Notes under the pieces: model-generated
What the model saw: the letters and a program-made list of their open reading frames with translations, nothing else
Database searches by the model: none
What the model was told of the DNA's origin: nothing
Source of the DNA: Cyanobacteriota bacterium
Lineage (GTDB): Bacteria; Cyanobacteriota; Cyanobacteriia; PCC-6307; Cyanobiaceae
DNA: 64,000 nucleotides
Assembly: GCA_046052125.1 (NCBI GenBank)
Contig: JBJOMY010000001.1
Span: forward strand, 704,001-768,000
Direction of reading: 5' to 3'
In this document: positions 1 through 9,124 of the stretch, piece after piece
Layout: each line of letters begins with the position of its first letter
Position numbering within the stretch: position 1 is the first letter of the stretch
Made by a program: the position numbers and the translations under genes

Positions 1-1655
1 TCTTCACGGTCTGCCTGGCGGAAGTACCCAGAGCCGCCTTTGACCTCGGTGCTGTACTTGCGGTCATAGGCCGCCTGCTTGTGTGGGAGTACATAGCGGA
101 GCGGCGCATAGGAAGCCAGGTTTAGTCGCCGGATCTCTCGATTAATGTCAGCAATGGGCGGGAAGGACGATGCACAATCCACATCAGCCTTGATGTTGAG
201 TGGCTTGAGCCGGTCAGGGAAGCGACCGGTTTCTGCAGTGCCGTAGTACTTCTCGATGTGTCGCCGGGATCGTGCAATTGTCAGATGGTCGAGCAGCATG
301 AAGTAGTCGAAGCCCAGCATCTCGACCAAGAGAGAAGGCGTCCGGTCGGTCTCTTCCAGATCAAGCCAGCGATTGAATTGCTTCTGTGCTAATCGCGTGG
401 TGGCATCGATGCTGTTGATTCCATGATCTACCAGTGCACGATCGTCACCTTCAGTAGCAAAGGAGATTTGATTGCGTAGATCAGCAAGACGATTATTGAC
501 CGGAGTGGCCGAGAGCATGAGGACTCGCGTCTTCACCCCTTCGTGGATAATCTTGCGCATCAAACGGTCGTAGCGGGTCTCGCCTTCAGCTTGGGGCGTC
601 TTCTTGTTTCTAAAGTTGTGTGATTCGTCAATGACCACGAGATCATAATTGCCCCAATTCACATGAGCAAGATCAATATCACCCGAGAGACCGCCCTCGC
701 GTGAGAGGTCCGTGTGGTTCAGAACGTCATAGTTAAAGCGATCTGCGGCAAGGATGTTCCGACGATCATTGGCTGTATAGAGGGTCCAATTGTCACGCAG
801 CCTCTTCGGGCAGAGCACTAGCACTCGATCGTTGCGTAGTTCCTGGTACTTGATGATGGCCAGGGCCTCAAATGTCTTACCAAGGCCAACGCTGTCAGCG
901 ATGATGCATCCACCGAAGCGGTTGAGTTTGTCAATGGCGCCGATCACGCCATCGCGCTGGAACTTATAGAGCTTGTTCCAGACGACAGTCTTGCGGATAC
1001 CCGTTGCCGAATTAACAATCTGCTCTTCATCAAGCTGGCCTTCATTCCCACTGAAAAGGCTTTGAAGAATCAGTGCATAAACAAGTCGTGGGTCGCAGTG
1101 GCTTGCTATCTGCTGCAGGCGCTCAAGCAGACTTGTCTTGACCGGCTGATCCTGTTCCAGTGAATTCCATTGATCCTTGAACCACTTATCAATCAACCGG
1201 GCCTCCTCGTTGTTTTCCGATGCCTGAATAAGGCTCAGTGGGTTCCCCGGGGCTGTCCCTAACCCATCACTACTCAAGGACAGCGAGCCAAGTAGCGCCT
1301 GAACTGGCTGGCCATCTGCTTCTCGAATCACGATGGCGCCTTGCGGCACCGTCGAAATGGCCTGCCGTAAGTGCACCTTCTGCGTTAGCCATTGCAGGAG
1401 TTGACCCGCTATCCAACGGATCTGGAGTCTGTTACGAGCAGGTCTGTCAGCAACAGAACCAAGCAACTCGAGATCTTCTACGTTCGCTGGAAGAATTAAC
1501 TGACAAGTGTCAATATCCTTTAGTTCAGAGAAGAGTTCAGCAAATGAAAATGCAGACAGGGTTGCACTCACAACGCCTAACTCCACTCCCCTCCTGAGCA
1601 GTGGACGTACATGGTCAACAACTCGATCGTTTCCCGTGTTACGGACGATTCTCAT
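1..1655 (-). CDS. SNF2-family helicase, N-terminal part (runs off the left edge); type associated with restriction-modification loci
   Basis: Not in the ORF track. Manual minus-strand translation from ATG at 1655 (MRIVRNTGNDRVVD...) gives Walker A 'IIADSVGLGKT', motif II 'VVIDESHNFRN' and motif III 'LSATPVNN'; the start codon and the codons at the window edge are in the same frame. Confidence 0.88.
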   Translation of the reverse strand, partial: MRIVRNTGNDRVVDHVRPLLRRGVELGVVSATLSAFSFAELFSELKDIDTCQLILPANVEDLELLGSVADRPARNRLQIRWIAGQLLQWLTQKVHLRQAISTVPQGAIVIREADGQPVQALLGSLSLSSDGLGTAPGNPLSLIQASENNEEARLIDKWFKDQWNSLEQDQPVKTSLLERLQQIASHCDPRLVYALILQSLFSGNEGQLDEEQIVNSATGIRKTVVWNKLYKFQRDGVIGAIDKLNRFGGCIIADSVGLGKTFEALAIIKYQELRNDRVLVLCPKRLRDNWTLYTANDRRNILAADRFNYDVLNHTDLSREGGLSGDIDLAHVNWGNYDLVVIDESHNFRNKKTPQAEGETRYDRLMRKIIHEGVKTRVLMLSATPVNNRLADLRNQISFATEGDDRALVDHGINSIDATTRLAQKQFNRWLDLEETDRTPSLLVEMLGFDYFMLLDHLTIARSRRHIEKYYGTAETGRFPDRLKPLNIKADVDCASSFPPIADINREIRRLNLASYAPLRYVLPHKQAAYDRKYSTEVKGGSGYFRQADRE

Positions 1656-1661
1656 TTCAGC

Positions 1662-2600
1662 TCATCCACGGAGTGCTTCGCGATGAACACTCAGGAAGTG
1701 TTCTTGTTCGCGGCTGAATGTCTTGATCTGGTTGGCTCCCTGAATCCCCCAGCAACGCAGGGCCTCACCAGCCGCCTCATGGCTCCAGATCAATTCACCG
1801 GTGGTATCGAAGCTGATCCAGTGGCGATCAAAGAGCTTGTCGATATGGGGCGAGAGCAGTAGCCCGTTGGCGCCACTGAGACGCTCCGCGTTATCGCAGT
1901 CCCGCCAAGGCTTGATATGGCTGGCCACAAGAAATTCCTGGCGTGCCAGGCCCGTCACACGGCAGCAAGGCTCGAGTTGCGCCACGCGTTGACGAAACAA
2001 TCCCTGGCCCAGGCGTGCTTTGGTCAGGGCCTCTCGCTCCGTTGTGTTGGGCAGCGCCTGCAATTGGTGCACGTCGTCCAGCAATGCAGCCGCCGCACTG
2101 CCCTCTTCTCCCAGAACCACCAGGTGCACCTGGACGGCACGATCAACGTGGTCCTCGATCAGCTTGAGCAGCAACCGGCCGAGTTCATCGCTGAGCCCTG
2201 CGAGATACACCCCTTGGTTACCGCGCCCCGTGCTGGTGCTGATCGGGCTATGGCGCTCTGGCAGGAGCGGCTGCAGAAGCTCAAAGAAGGTCTGCGGGAC
2301 CAGCGGACTGCTCAAGGGCTGCCAGTTGACGCGAACCAACCAGCCCTCCGCACCCCAGTAGTCCCCTGTCATGCCGAATTCGGGGGGCTTGGGTGCGGTG
2401 ACAGCGACTTGCTCGACCAGACCGATCTGGCTGATCTTGCCGTTGGCGTAGCTGAACACCACGTCTCCGCCCTGGCACTTGGCCAGGTTGTCGTAGGTGA
2501 CGTTGCGCCGCCCATCGGCATTGGCCTTGGGTGACCACACGTAGCCCCCCTCCGTCTCTTGCCGGTAGGTCTGCTTGTGGTTCACCCACCAGAAGGCCAC
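1662..2600 (-). CDS. HNH endonuclease with an N-terminal putative DNA-recognition domain (restriction-type)
   Basis: C-terminal 'ARLGQGLFR...CRVTG...ASHIKPW...NGLLLSPHIDKLFD' (HNH_2 type); likely GTG start at 2600 (VAFWWVNHKQT); stop is 7 nt upstream of the helicase start. Confidence 0.82.
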   Translation of the reverse strand: MAFWWVNHKQTYRQETEGGYVWSPKANADGRRNVTYDNLAKCQGGDVVFSYANGKISQIGLVEQVAVTAPKPPEFGMTGDYWGAEGWLVRVNWQPLSSPLVPQTFFELLQPLLPERHSPISTSTGRGNQGVYLAGLSDELGRLLLKLIEDHVDRAVQVHLVVLGEEGSAAAALLDDVHQLQALPNTTEREALTKARLGQGLFRQRVAQLEPCCRVTGLARQEFLVASHIKPWRDCDNAERLSGANGLLLSPHIDKLFDRHWISFDTTGELIWSHEAAGEALRCWGIQGANQIKTFSREQEHFLSVHREALRG

Positions 2601-2780
2601 GTCAGAAAGCCGTGCTCTTCTTGTTGTAGCTAGAGCAATCGGTGAGCGCCTCAGTAGCTCTGCTAGTCGGGAATCACGCTGCGCACGCCACCACGCAAGT
2701 GGCATGAAAGATCAGTTTGAGTTGCTCACCTTCAAGCCGGAGGCATTGCACCTGCAGCTTGTTGTGGGGGAGAGGCCGGT

Positions 2781-2978
2781 TCATCCCTGCGCCTGGCGTT
2801 CGTTCTCGAGCTGCTCCTCCTGCCAGGCGCGCTGCAGGTCTATGCGTGTGATCCGGTAGCCGAGTCGCCGTGCCGCCAAGATCAGCTCCTTGCGGGAGCG
2901 GCAGTGCTTGAGGGCGCGTTGGAGCGCTGCATCAGCCTCCACGTCGGCGACAAAACGCTCTAGCTCTGACCAGCTCAT
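2781..2978 (-). CDS. Nif11-like leader peptide domain protein
   Basis: MSWSELERFVADVEADAALQRALK...ELILAARRLGYRIT matches the Nif11 pattern. Confidence 0.75.
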   Translation of the reverse strand: MSWSELERFVADVEADAALQRALKHCRSRKELILAARRLGYRITRIDLQRAWQEEQLENERQAQG

Positions 2979-3125
2979 CGGAGGGAAAGCCCTGGGTCTA
3001 TCACCATGTCAATGCTGTCTGATCTGCGCCAGGTTCCGTGGATCACAGTCCGTCAGACCCTGCGTCAGCACTGAGAAAATCGGCCGGGAGACCGGCCGGC
3101 GGGAGGCGCAGCCTCCCGAGGTGGC

Positions 3126-3341
3126 TCAGATCACTGAGACCGTGGTGCCCTTTTGGCCCTGGAAATACCGGGCCATGGCATGGGCATCTTCTGCAGGAAT
3201 CAGGCGGAGCTTTTTGACGGGCTTACCGCGGCGACCGATGGGGGTGGTGATGCGCTCATGGCCATAGGCCTTGATGCCATCGGGATAGGTGTGGAGCACC
3301 AGGAAGCGGATCTCGCAGCAGGGAGCGGTGGGACGGGCCAT
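3126..3341 (-). CDS. small hypothetical protein (start uncertain)
   Basis: C-terminal part of ORF 3126..3527 (RFLVLHTYPDGIKAYGHERITTPIGRRGKPVKKLRLIPAEDAHAMARYF) looks protein-like; the upstream part is palindromic DNA. Confidence 0.45.
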   Translation of the reverse strand: MARPTAPCCEIRFLVLHTYPDGIKAYGHERITTPIGRRGKPVKKLRLIPAEDAHAMARYFQGQKGTTVSVI

Positions 3342-3481
3342 GGAATCAGCGGCGTGGAACACCCGACCGAGGCCCACTGCGGCAGAGGCGGCAAGGACCG
3401 CGCAGCGGCCCGGCCTGATCCTTGCCGCCTCTGCCGCAGTGGGCACGCTGGGAGGGTCCACGCCGCTGATTCCATGGCCCG
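3334..3481. repeat. Nested perfect inverted repeats (25-bp and 26-bp stems)
   Basis: 3334-3358 cgggccatggaatcagcggcgtgga pairs with 3457-3481; 3372-3397 gcccactgcggcagaggcggcaagga pairs with 3419-3444. Confidence 0.95.
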
Positions 3482-3536
3482 GCCCGCCGTGGCTGTGTGG
3501 TGAGCCGATCGCTGGTGCGGACCGCAATGAACAGCC

Positions 3537-3657
3537 TCAAGGCCTATGGCCATGAGTGGATCACCGAGAGGGTGAGCAGTCCCTTAAATGCACCCCACCG
3601 GCTCAAGGCGCACCACCAGAAGCGCCGCGCCGTGCACCTCCAGGATCGTCCCCTGGT
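3537..3657 (+). repeat. ~120-bp imperfect direct repeat, copy 1
   Basis: tcaaggcctatggcca...gggtgagcagtcc...atgcaccccaccggctc...gcaccaccaga...gcgccgcgccg...gcacctccaggatcg is shared with 6927-7044. Confidence 0.92.
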
Positions 3658-4222
3658 TGATGACTGAAGCGAGACACACCAACATGCACCGCGAGCGAAC
3701 AAGTCAGAGGTTGGGCGTTATGGCCTCCGCTGGCCTCGCCCAATCTGTTCCAGTGCAGCGAGATTGACTACTTAGAGCACATGAACCTGACAGTCACGTG
3801 ATGAGGAATCCAGTGCTGGCGCGAGCACTGGATGCACCAAGGCTGGGAGAGGGGTCAGTTTCCCAATCAAACAACTCAGACAAGAAAGAGTGGTTCTCTG
3901 ATTGAAATTCGGCAGCGCTAGCCACTGGGATGGCAAAAACGGAGCGCTGGGAGAATCAATTCATGCCAAGTCTCAGAACATCTCAATCTGCGAGCTGCTA
4001 GATCAAAACAGCAATCCATGCTGCCGCTACGACAACGACAAGTAAGACGACAAGCAAAAAACGAGTCAGCCGTCTCGTGGGCACTGGTCACGCTGCATCA
4101 GTCCGACTTCCATGGTCGCATCCGGAATCAGTGCGAGAGCAGTCAAAGGTGCATTGCGATGTCATATTTCATACAGAAGACAGTAACTATGCAGGCCTGA
4201 TCATTGATCAGCTTCTCCTAAG

Positions 4223-4891
4223 GTGACGGGAAACAAAGAGCTGGCTGGCCGACGAATGATTTCGGTCCCAGAGAGGAGTGAGCCGGAACGCATGAGTAGC
4301 GAGATTTCGCTCACACTTAGACCTGGAGAGCAACTACCGCTACCAACAGCAGAAGAAGGGCCGTCGTTTTTCTCGCTCAAGACTAAGCATGGAGTAGGAC
4401 GGCTTGCAACATTTTCCAAAATCAAGAGGTCCGATATAACCCTAGGATTTACTGGTGCATTGCATTGTGAGTGGCTCATTGCTCCCAGGGAAGCTCAACT
4501 ATCAATAGAGGCTCTTACGCCACTTCAAATGACAGTCATAGCTACAGACTCCTTTTGCAAGGAGCACGAACTAATAAGGTGCTGGCTCTGGGATCTTCAC
4601 CACGTCAGACATCCTGTGGGGGCAATGGCGCGACTAACCGCTTTGCTTCAGTTGATGATAATTCGTTTTGGAAACCGAATAAGCGAGGGATACACATTGC
4701 CCTTTTCTCTGTCCCACTCAAGACTTGCGGAGATAATTGGTGTCACAAGATCAACGGCAACGCGGCTTCTGAGCGTTCAGCGCCAACAAGGATGGGTCCA
4801 AGTGAACAGTCAGAATGGAATGTATGTCGTTACTCCATTAATGATGGATCTCACTCCAAAGTGGATGACTGAACTTGTTGATAATGCCTGA
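4223..4891 (+). CDS. Crp/Fnr family transcriptional regulator
   Basis: C-terminal Crp HTH 'LPFSLSHSRLAEIIGVTRSTATRLL'; resembles 6116..6718; lower GC; start may be 4292. Confidence 0.8.
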   Translation: MTGNKELAGRRMISVPERSEPERMSSEISLTLRPGEQLPLPTAEEGPSFFSLKTKHGVGRLATFSKIKRSDITLGFTGALHCEWLIAPREAQLSIEALTPLQMTVIATDSFCKEHELIRCWLWDLHHVRHPVGAMARLTALLQLMIIRFGNRISEGYTLPFSLSHSRLAEIIGVTRSTATRLLSVQRQQGWVQVNSQNGMYVVTPLMMDLTPKWMTELVDNA

Positions 4892-5228
4892 CAGGAAAAC
4901 CCTCTCAGCTGATCTGGACGGTACTCACTCCCGTCCGCAGCGGCATTTACCTCCCTTCCATTTGGAGCATTTGCTTTGCTTGCAACCTTTCTTTTTCTCC
5001 TGCTTCAGTCCTGAACTGGATTGAGGCAAATCGACACTCTGCTGGCCTGGGGTTTGGGGCATGGCAGCTGTTGGAAGAGGCGGGATCGGGCTTTGCGCCA
5101 CGTCCAGGCTAAGCGGTCTAAATCGCACAGGGGGGAGGCATTCTCAACAGGCACCTCCATGAGTAACTTTGGTGACAAGGCCCCATCGCCTCGGCGATCG
5201 GTCGATTCTCCTCCATAGAACCCCCGTC

Positions 5229-5807
5229 ATGCCCCTCTCTCCCGCGAGTTCAGCGCTCCAGGTGCAGACCGGCCCTGCCGGTCGCGCAATTGCTCAACCT
5301 ATGGAGGTGTCGCTGCTGGAGGCCCTGCAACATCACCTGACGATGGAGCGCCAAGCCAGTGCGACCTATTTCGCTATGGCGGTCTGGTTTGCCGAGCGTG
5401 AGCTCCGTGGGTTTGCTCACTTCTTCAAAGGCGAATCTGCCGATGAGCAACAACATGCAGCACGGTTCGCGGACTACCTGATTGCTAGAGGACAGACAGT
5501 CATTCTCGACGCCCTAGTAGCCCCCTACCAGCAATGGAGCTCTCCTGAGGAAATTTTGACGGCTTCATTCCGAATGGAAGCCGATGTGACAGCGTCACTA
5601 CAGCAGATGTACGGAATGGCTGAGCGTTGCTCGGACGTTCGAACCACCACGTTTCTTGATCCGATTGTTGACGGTCAGGTGACATCAGAAAACCGCATCG
5701 CGCATCTGATGGGGCGCGTTCGCTTTGCCCAACATCAGCCTGCTGCATTGCTTCTCATTGATGGAGAGCTAAGCGATGACAAGTGCGAACCTGCCTCCCT
5801 CAGCTGA
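5229..5807 (+). CDS. ftn: non-heme ferritin
   Basis: 'LTMERQASATY...ERELRGFAHFFKGESADEQQHA...EADVTASLQ...FLDPIVDGQ' with the cyanobacterial ferritin N-terminus 'TGPAGRAIAQPM'. Confidence 0.9.
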   Translation: MPLSPASSALQVQTGPAGRAIAQPMEVSLLEALQHHLTMERQASATYFAMAVWFAERELRGFAHFFKGESADEQQHAARFADYLIARGQTVILDALVAPYQQWSSPEEILTASFRMEADVTASLQQMYGMAERCSDVRTTTFLDPIVDGQVTSENRIAHLMGRVRFAQHQPAALLLIDGELSDDKCEPASLS

Positions 5808-5829
5808 GGGGACCGGCCCTCCAAAGCGA

Positions 5830-6096
5830 TCAATCACGCCGGCAGAGTTCGATCAAAAAGTCCAGCATCAAAGCGTCTAAGGCTTGCTTCCGGCGACGCC
5901 AGCGTTCAGCCGTTGTGAGCAGTTCCTGGCGTCGATTTCTCAGATAAAGGCACTCAAGATTCAATCTGCGTGAGAGGGCTGCATCCTGGCAACTCTGCAG
6001 GATTGCTGAAACTTGAATGCAGCGGTTTCGAATCCTTTCGGCTTCTCGGCACAGACTGCCGACAAGTGAATCGGAAGTGCAGCTAAGGGCAGTCAT
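5830..6096 (-). CDS. hypothetical protein downstream of the Crp regulator
   Basis: Helical ORF MTALSCT...SLCREAERIRNRC in an operon-like position between the Crp gene and ferritin. Confidence 0.6.
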   Translation of the reverse strand: MTALSCTSDSLVGSLCREAERIRNRCIQVSAILQSCQDAALSRRLNLECLYLRNRRQELLTTAERWRRRKQALDALMLDFLIELCRRD

Positions 6097-6115
6097 ATCC
6101 GTGGCGGGAGAACAA

Positions 6116-6718
6116 TCAGAAAGCGATGGAGGAGCCTGCGATGAAAGCAGGCTCGAAACAAAGGATTGGCTCCGATTCAGAGACAATCACTTGACCATCA
6201 GTGCGTAGCCGGCTGAACAGCTTGGTGGTAGTCACTCTGGTGACACCAATCAACTCACCGATTCGTTCATGGCTGAGCTTGAAGGGCAACACACACCAGG
6301 CCCCAGACCTCTTCCCCATCCGCGTCACTAGTACGCCCAGTAAGGCCTGCAGACGCTCCTCCGCACGACCGAGATGGCGGATCCGTAGCAATTGCAGCGT
6401 CCACTCGTTCACCGGATCAAAGCCTTCAGCCGCAACGGGGATGGCATCGCTGCTGAACACCAAAGGCGTCAACGCTTCCACGCACACGCCCTCGCTGCAG
6501 AGGCGCTCCGGTCGCAACTGATCACCGGGCTGCAAGAACGCGATCGTCATGCCCTCGGTCTCCTCGCAGGGGCAATAGACCCGGGCCATCCCCTCGACAA
6601 CCTCAATACAGCAGGCATCCGGCAGTAAAGCGGGATTCAGCAGAACGCTGTGCCCGGCTGGGAGTCGGACTGTCCGAAAGGGCGCTGTGGGCAGAAAACG
6701 AAGGCTCATGAGGCCCAA
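6116..6718 (-). CDS. Crp/Fnr family transcriptional regulator (ferritin-associated type)
   Basis: 'VVEGMARVYCPCEETEGMTIAFLQPGD' beta-barrel and HTH 'LSHERIGELIGVTRVTTTKLFSRL'. Confidence 0.88.
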   Translation of the reverse strand: MGLMSLRFLPTAPFRTVRLPAGHSVLLNPALLPDACCIEVVEGMARVYCPCEETEGMTIAFLQPGDQLRPERLCSEGVCVEALTPLVFSSDAIPVAAEGFDPVNEWTLQLLRIRHLGRAEERLQALLGVLVTRMGKRSGAWCVLPFKLSHERIGELIGVTRVTTTKLFSRLRTDGQVIVSESEPILCFEPAFIAGSSIAF

Positions 6719-6730
6719 GATCCAGGGTTA

Positions 6731-6786
6731 TTGCGAATGGCTCGCAACATAAGCAAGACAGCGGCCTTTTTGCAAGCGATTCTCAA
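6731..6786. promoter_or_regulatory. Two Fur-box-like 17-mers upstream of the Crp gene
   Basis: ttgcga-atggc-tcgcaa (6731-6747, 6-5-6 palindrome) and ttgcaagcgattctcaa (6770-6786) resemble TTGAGAAT-N-ATTCTCAA. Confidence 0.5.
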
Positions 6787-6926
6787 GTGCAACGCGCTCT
6801 GACGAGTCGCCCCTTGGCTCGATGCCCCCGGGTTCTAGTGACCTGGAGAAGCCCACCTCGCCCCCCTTGCGCGCGGCTCCGGCTGTCAGTGCGTGTAGAC
6901 CCCACCACGCAAAGAGTGGTGAGGCG

Positions 6927-7044
6927 TCAAGGCCTATGGCCACGAGCGCATACCAGCGGGTGAGCAGTCCATCAGATGCACCCCACCGGCTCCAGACGCA
7001 CCACCAGATGCGCCGCGCCGGGCACCTCCAGGATCGCCCCTGGT
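6927..7044 (+). repeat. ~120-bp imperfect direct repeat, copy 2
   Basis: Matches 3537-3657 with scattered substitutions and small indels. Confidence 0.92.
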
Positions 7045-7196
7045 CAAGGGCTGCGCGAGGCGAGTGGCTGGTTGGTGTGGCGCGATCGCCCCGGCGGTGC
7101 CGGTGCTCACCGCGCATCAGCGGATGGACTCGCCCCTTGACTGGCGGGGCGGTCCTGTAGGCGTCCCGTCGCTGCGCCGTAGGGCGTCAGAGCGTT

Positions 7197-7472
7197 ATGG
7201 CTACGCATGTTTTGGGGTATGGCCCCGAGGATCCGGTTGGTCTGGTGGAGTCCTGCTATCGGGCCGTGGAGTGGATCCTCGCCACCCACGCCGCCAAGGG
7301 GGTCTTGATCCCCAGGCCCTGGATTGATCACCCCTATGGGGAGGAAGAGATTGCGTTGCTCGAGGAGGAGTTGCTGCCAGCGATGGCTGGGTTCCTTGCT
7401 CGGGTTGATGCGATTGATCGCGCGATTGAGGCTGATCAGGAGCTGGAGTTCCAGGCCCCTCAGGCCCGCTGA
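7197..7472 (+). CDS. hypothetical protein
   Basis: Acidic 91-aa ORF with ATG start that does not overlap confident genes. Confidence 0.6.
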   Translation: MATHVLGYGPEDPVGLVESCYRAVEWILATHAAKGVLIPRPWIDHPYGEEEIALLEEELLPAMAGFLARVDAIDRAIEADQELEFQAPQAR

Positions 7473-7520
7473 GGGCCAGGCCGGCGGTGGCCGGCCTTTT
7501 CTGCTGCTCCCGGGGGCGGA

Positions 7521-7910
7521 TCAGGTTTGGAGCGGGTTGCGCGGTTCCAGGGGAAGAATGCGCACCCGTTGACGGCGCTCATCGGCAACGATCAGGGCAC
7601 CTTGATCCAGCTCATCGCTGTAGCTCTCGAGAAGATTGAGCACCAGCGAACCGATCACCTCAGGCAACACGTTCAAGCAGCGCACCTGCAGAACACTGGG
7701 GCCATCGGCACCAGAGAGGGCAAGCATGGTCCCGAAGTCGAGATCGTGGGTAAAGACCGCATAGCGATGGGCCAGGGCCCAGGCCATCAGGTCGCCATCC
7801 GGAGCGCGTGGATCGCCCACCTCGGACCAATGCACCGCCTCGTGACCGGCTGCTTGCAGGAGAGGGATCCACTCAGTCGACAAGTTCATATCGACCAGAA
7901 GCCGCGCCAT
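7521..7910 (-). CDS. DUF5615 family PIN-like toxin
   Basis: 'LLVDMNLS...DGDLMAWA...VFTHDLDFG'; 1-nt overlap with the upstream DUF433 gene. Confidence 0.85.
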   Translation of the reverse strand: MARLLVDMNLSTEWIPLLQAAGHEAVHWSEVGDPRAPDGDLMAWALAHRYAVFTHDLDFGTMLALSGADGPSVLQVRCLNVLPEVIGSLVLNLLESYSDELDQGALIVADERRQRVRILPLEPRNPLQT

Positions 7911-8137
7911 CAGGTCAGCACCAGCGCCTCCTCTCGCTCCTCGAGGCGCCAGGCTGCGTAAGCAAGGGCCTCATCGATATCGGGTGATTCCAGCAGTGGG
8001 TAAGCCGCCAGGATCCGCTCGCGGCTGACGCCACTGGCTACAAGGCCAACGATGGTGCCAACGCTGATCCGAAGCCCGCGGATACAGGGCTTGCCGCCCA
8101 TCACGGCTGGGTCGTGCGTGATTCGGGAGAAGGCCAT
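7910..8137 (-). CDS. DUF433 family antitoxin
   Basis: 'RITHDPAVMGGKPCIRGLRISV...YPLLESPDIDEALAYAA'. Confidence 0.9.
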   Translation of the reverse strand: MAFSRITHDPAVMGGKPCIRGLRISVGTIVGLVASGVSRERILAAYPLLESPDIDEALAYAAWRLEEREEALVLT

Positions 8138-8164
8138 GGGACCAGCGTAGGCAGCGCGAAGGGA

Positions 8165-9040
8165 TCAAGCCGTAGCGGATTCTGCGAGGAAGCTCTCAAT
8201 CCAGCGCTGGTGCCGGCTGGTGGTGATCAGCCCCGCCAAGGATGGTTGAGCCTCAGGCACCTGGAAGGCAGCGCGGAAGCCTTTGGAGAAGGCCTCGAGC
8301 CGAGCGGGGGCGAGGGCCTTGATTCGGTCCTGCAGCGCAGTGATGGCAGTGGGCGGAAGGGGAGCATCAGCCATCTCAGGCGATGGGCTTTTGGTTGCAG
8401 CTGCCACCGGCTTGGCATCGCTCACCTGGCGCTGCTGCTTGTCGTAGAGCGCCAGGCCAAAGGGATTGCCAAAGGTCATCAACGCCCGTTTGGTGGCATC
8501 GGTTTCAGCTTCCTTGAGCGCGGATTCATGGGCCAGGCCCTTGTCGGCATCAATGCCATGGCCGGCCCCTGAGCCCTCACGGATCAAGGTGCGGTGGCCA
8601 GCGGTAACGGTGATGCGCACGCGGGCGGTGTAAGTGACACCCCAGCCGCTTTTGCGATCCCGCCCAATCGGGCGTTCGTGTTCGGTCACGCAGCGGCTGA
8701 TCAGGGTGCAGCGCTCCCAGCCATCAAACCCAAAGATGCGGTTGGCCTCTGCGATCACCTGCCACCCCTCGAGGTAGCTCACCCGGCTGCGGCCCTGCTC
8801 CCGCTGCCGCACATTGGCCCGATCCAACGGCGCCGACAGCAACGCCACCTGCCTCTCACTAAAGCCGGGGCCATGGGCCCCCTCGAGGTGGGCGGTTGCA
8901 GGTGCGGGCGATGGTTGAGCAGCGTCTTGGCTGAGGGTTTCGCGCAGCAGCTGGAGCGTTGTGGGTGGCCGGCTCGTGGCATTGCGGCGCACAGGCGCCG
9001 AGTGGGTTGTGGTGGTGTTGGCTGTGGATGTGATGGCCAT
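8165..9040 (-). CDS. Rad52/Rad22 family single-strand annealing protein (Sak-like)
   Basis: 'SYLEGWQVIAEANRIFGFDGW' and 'ALKEAETDATKRALMTFGNPFGLALYDK' are Rad52 signatures. Confidence 0.92.
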   Translation of the reverse strand: MAITSTANTTTTHSAPVRRNATSRPPTTLQLLRETLSQDAAQPSPAPATAHLEGAHGPGFSERQVALLSAPLDRANVRQREQGRSRVSYLEGWQVIAEANRIFGFDGWERCTLISRCVTEHERPIGRDRKSGWGVTYTARVRITVTAGHRTLIREGSGAGHGIDADKGLAHESALKEAETDATKRALMTFGNPFGLALYDKQQRQVSDAKPVAAATKSPSPEMADAPLPPTAITALQDRIKALAPARLEAFSKGFRAAFQVPEAQPSLAGLITTSRHQRWIESFLAESATA

Positions 9041-9124
9041 GGCGATGAAGTGGCGTGTGTGGAGTGGAGAAAAGGAAATGGGGCCCGCACCTGCAAAACC
9101 CCATTGCGAGGCCCCCCTTGGGGG

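Noticed and set aside
2781..2978. Nif11 protein as a prochlorosin/lanthipeptide precursor
   Set aside because: No Gly-Gly cleavage motif, no Cys/Ser/Thr-rich core and no LanM-type enzyme in the window
3334..3481. Hairpin as a retron msr-msd or as transposon ends
   Set aside because: No reverse transcriptase or transposase is recognisable in the window
3808..3833. 10-bp stem atccagtgct-ggcgcg-agcactggat as an sRNA or terminator
   Set aside because: Isolated hairpin with no U tract or other support
6809..6845. ggctcgatgcccccgggttcta as a tRNA 3' fragment (second att site)
   Set aside because: Does not match the tRNA-Lys 3' end; only a loose T-loop resemblance
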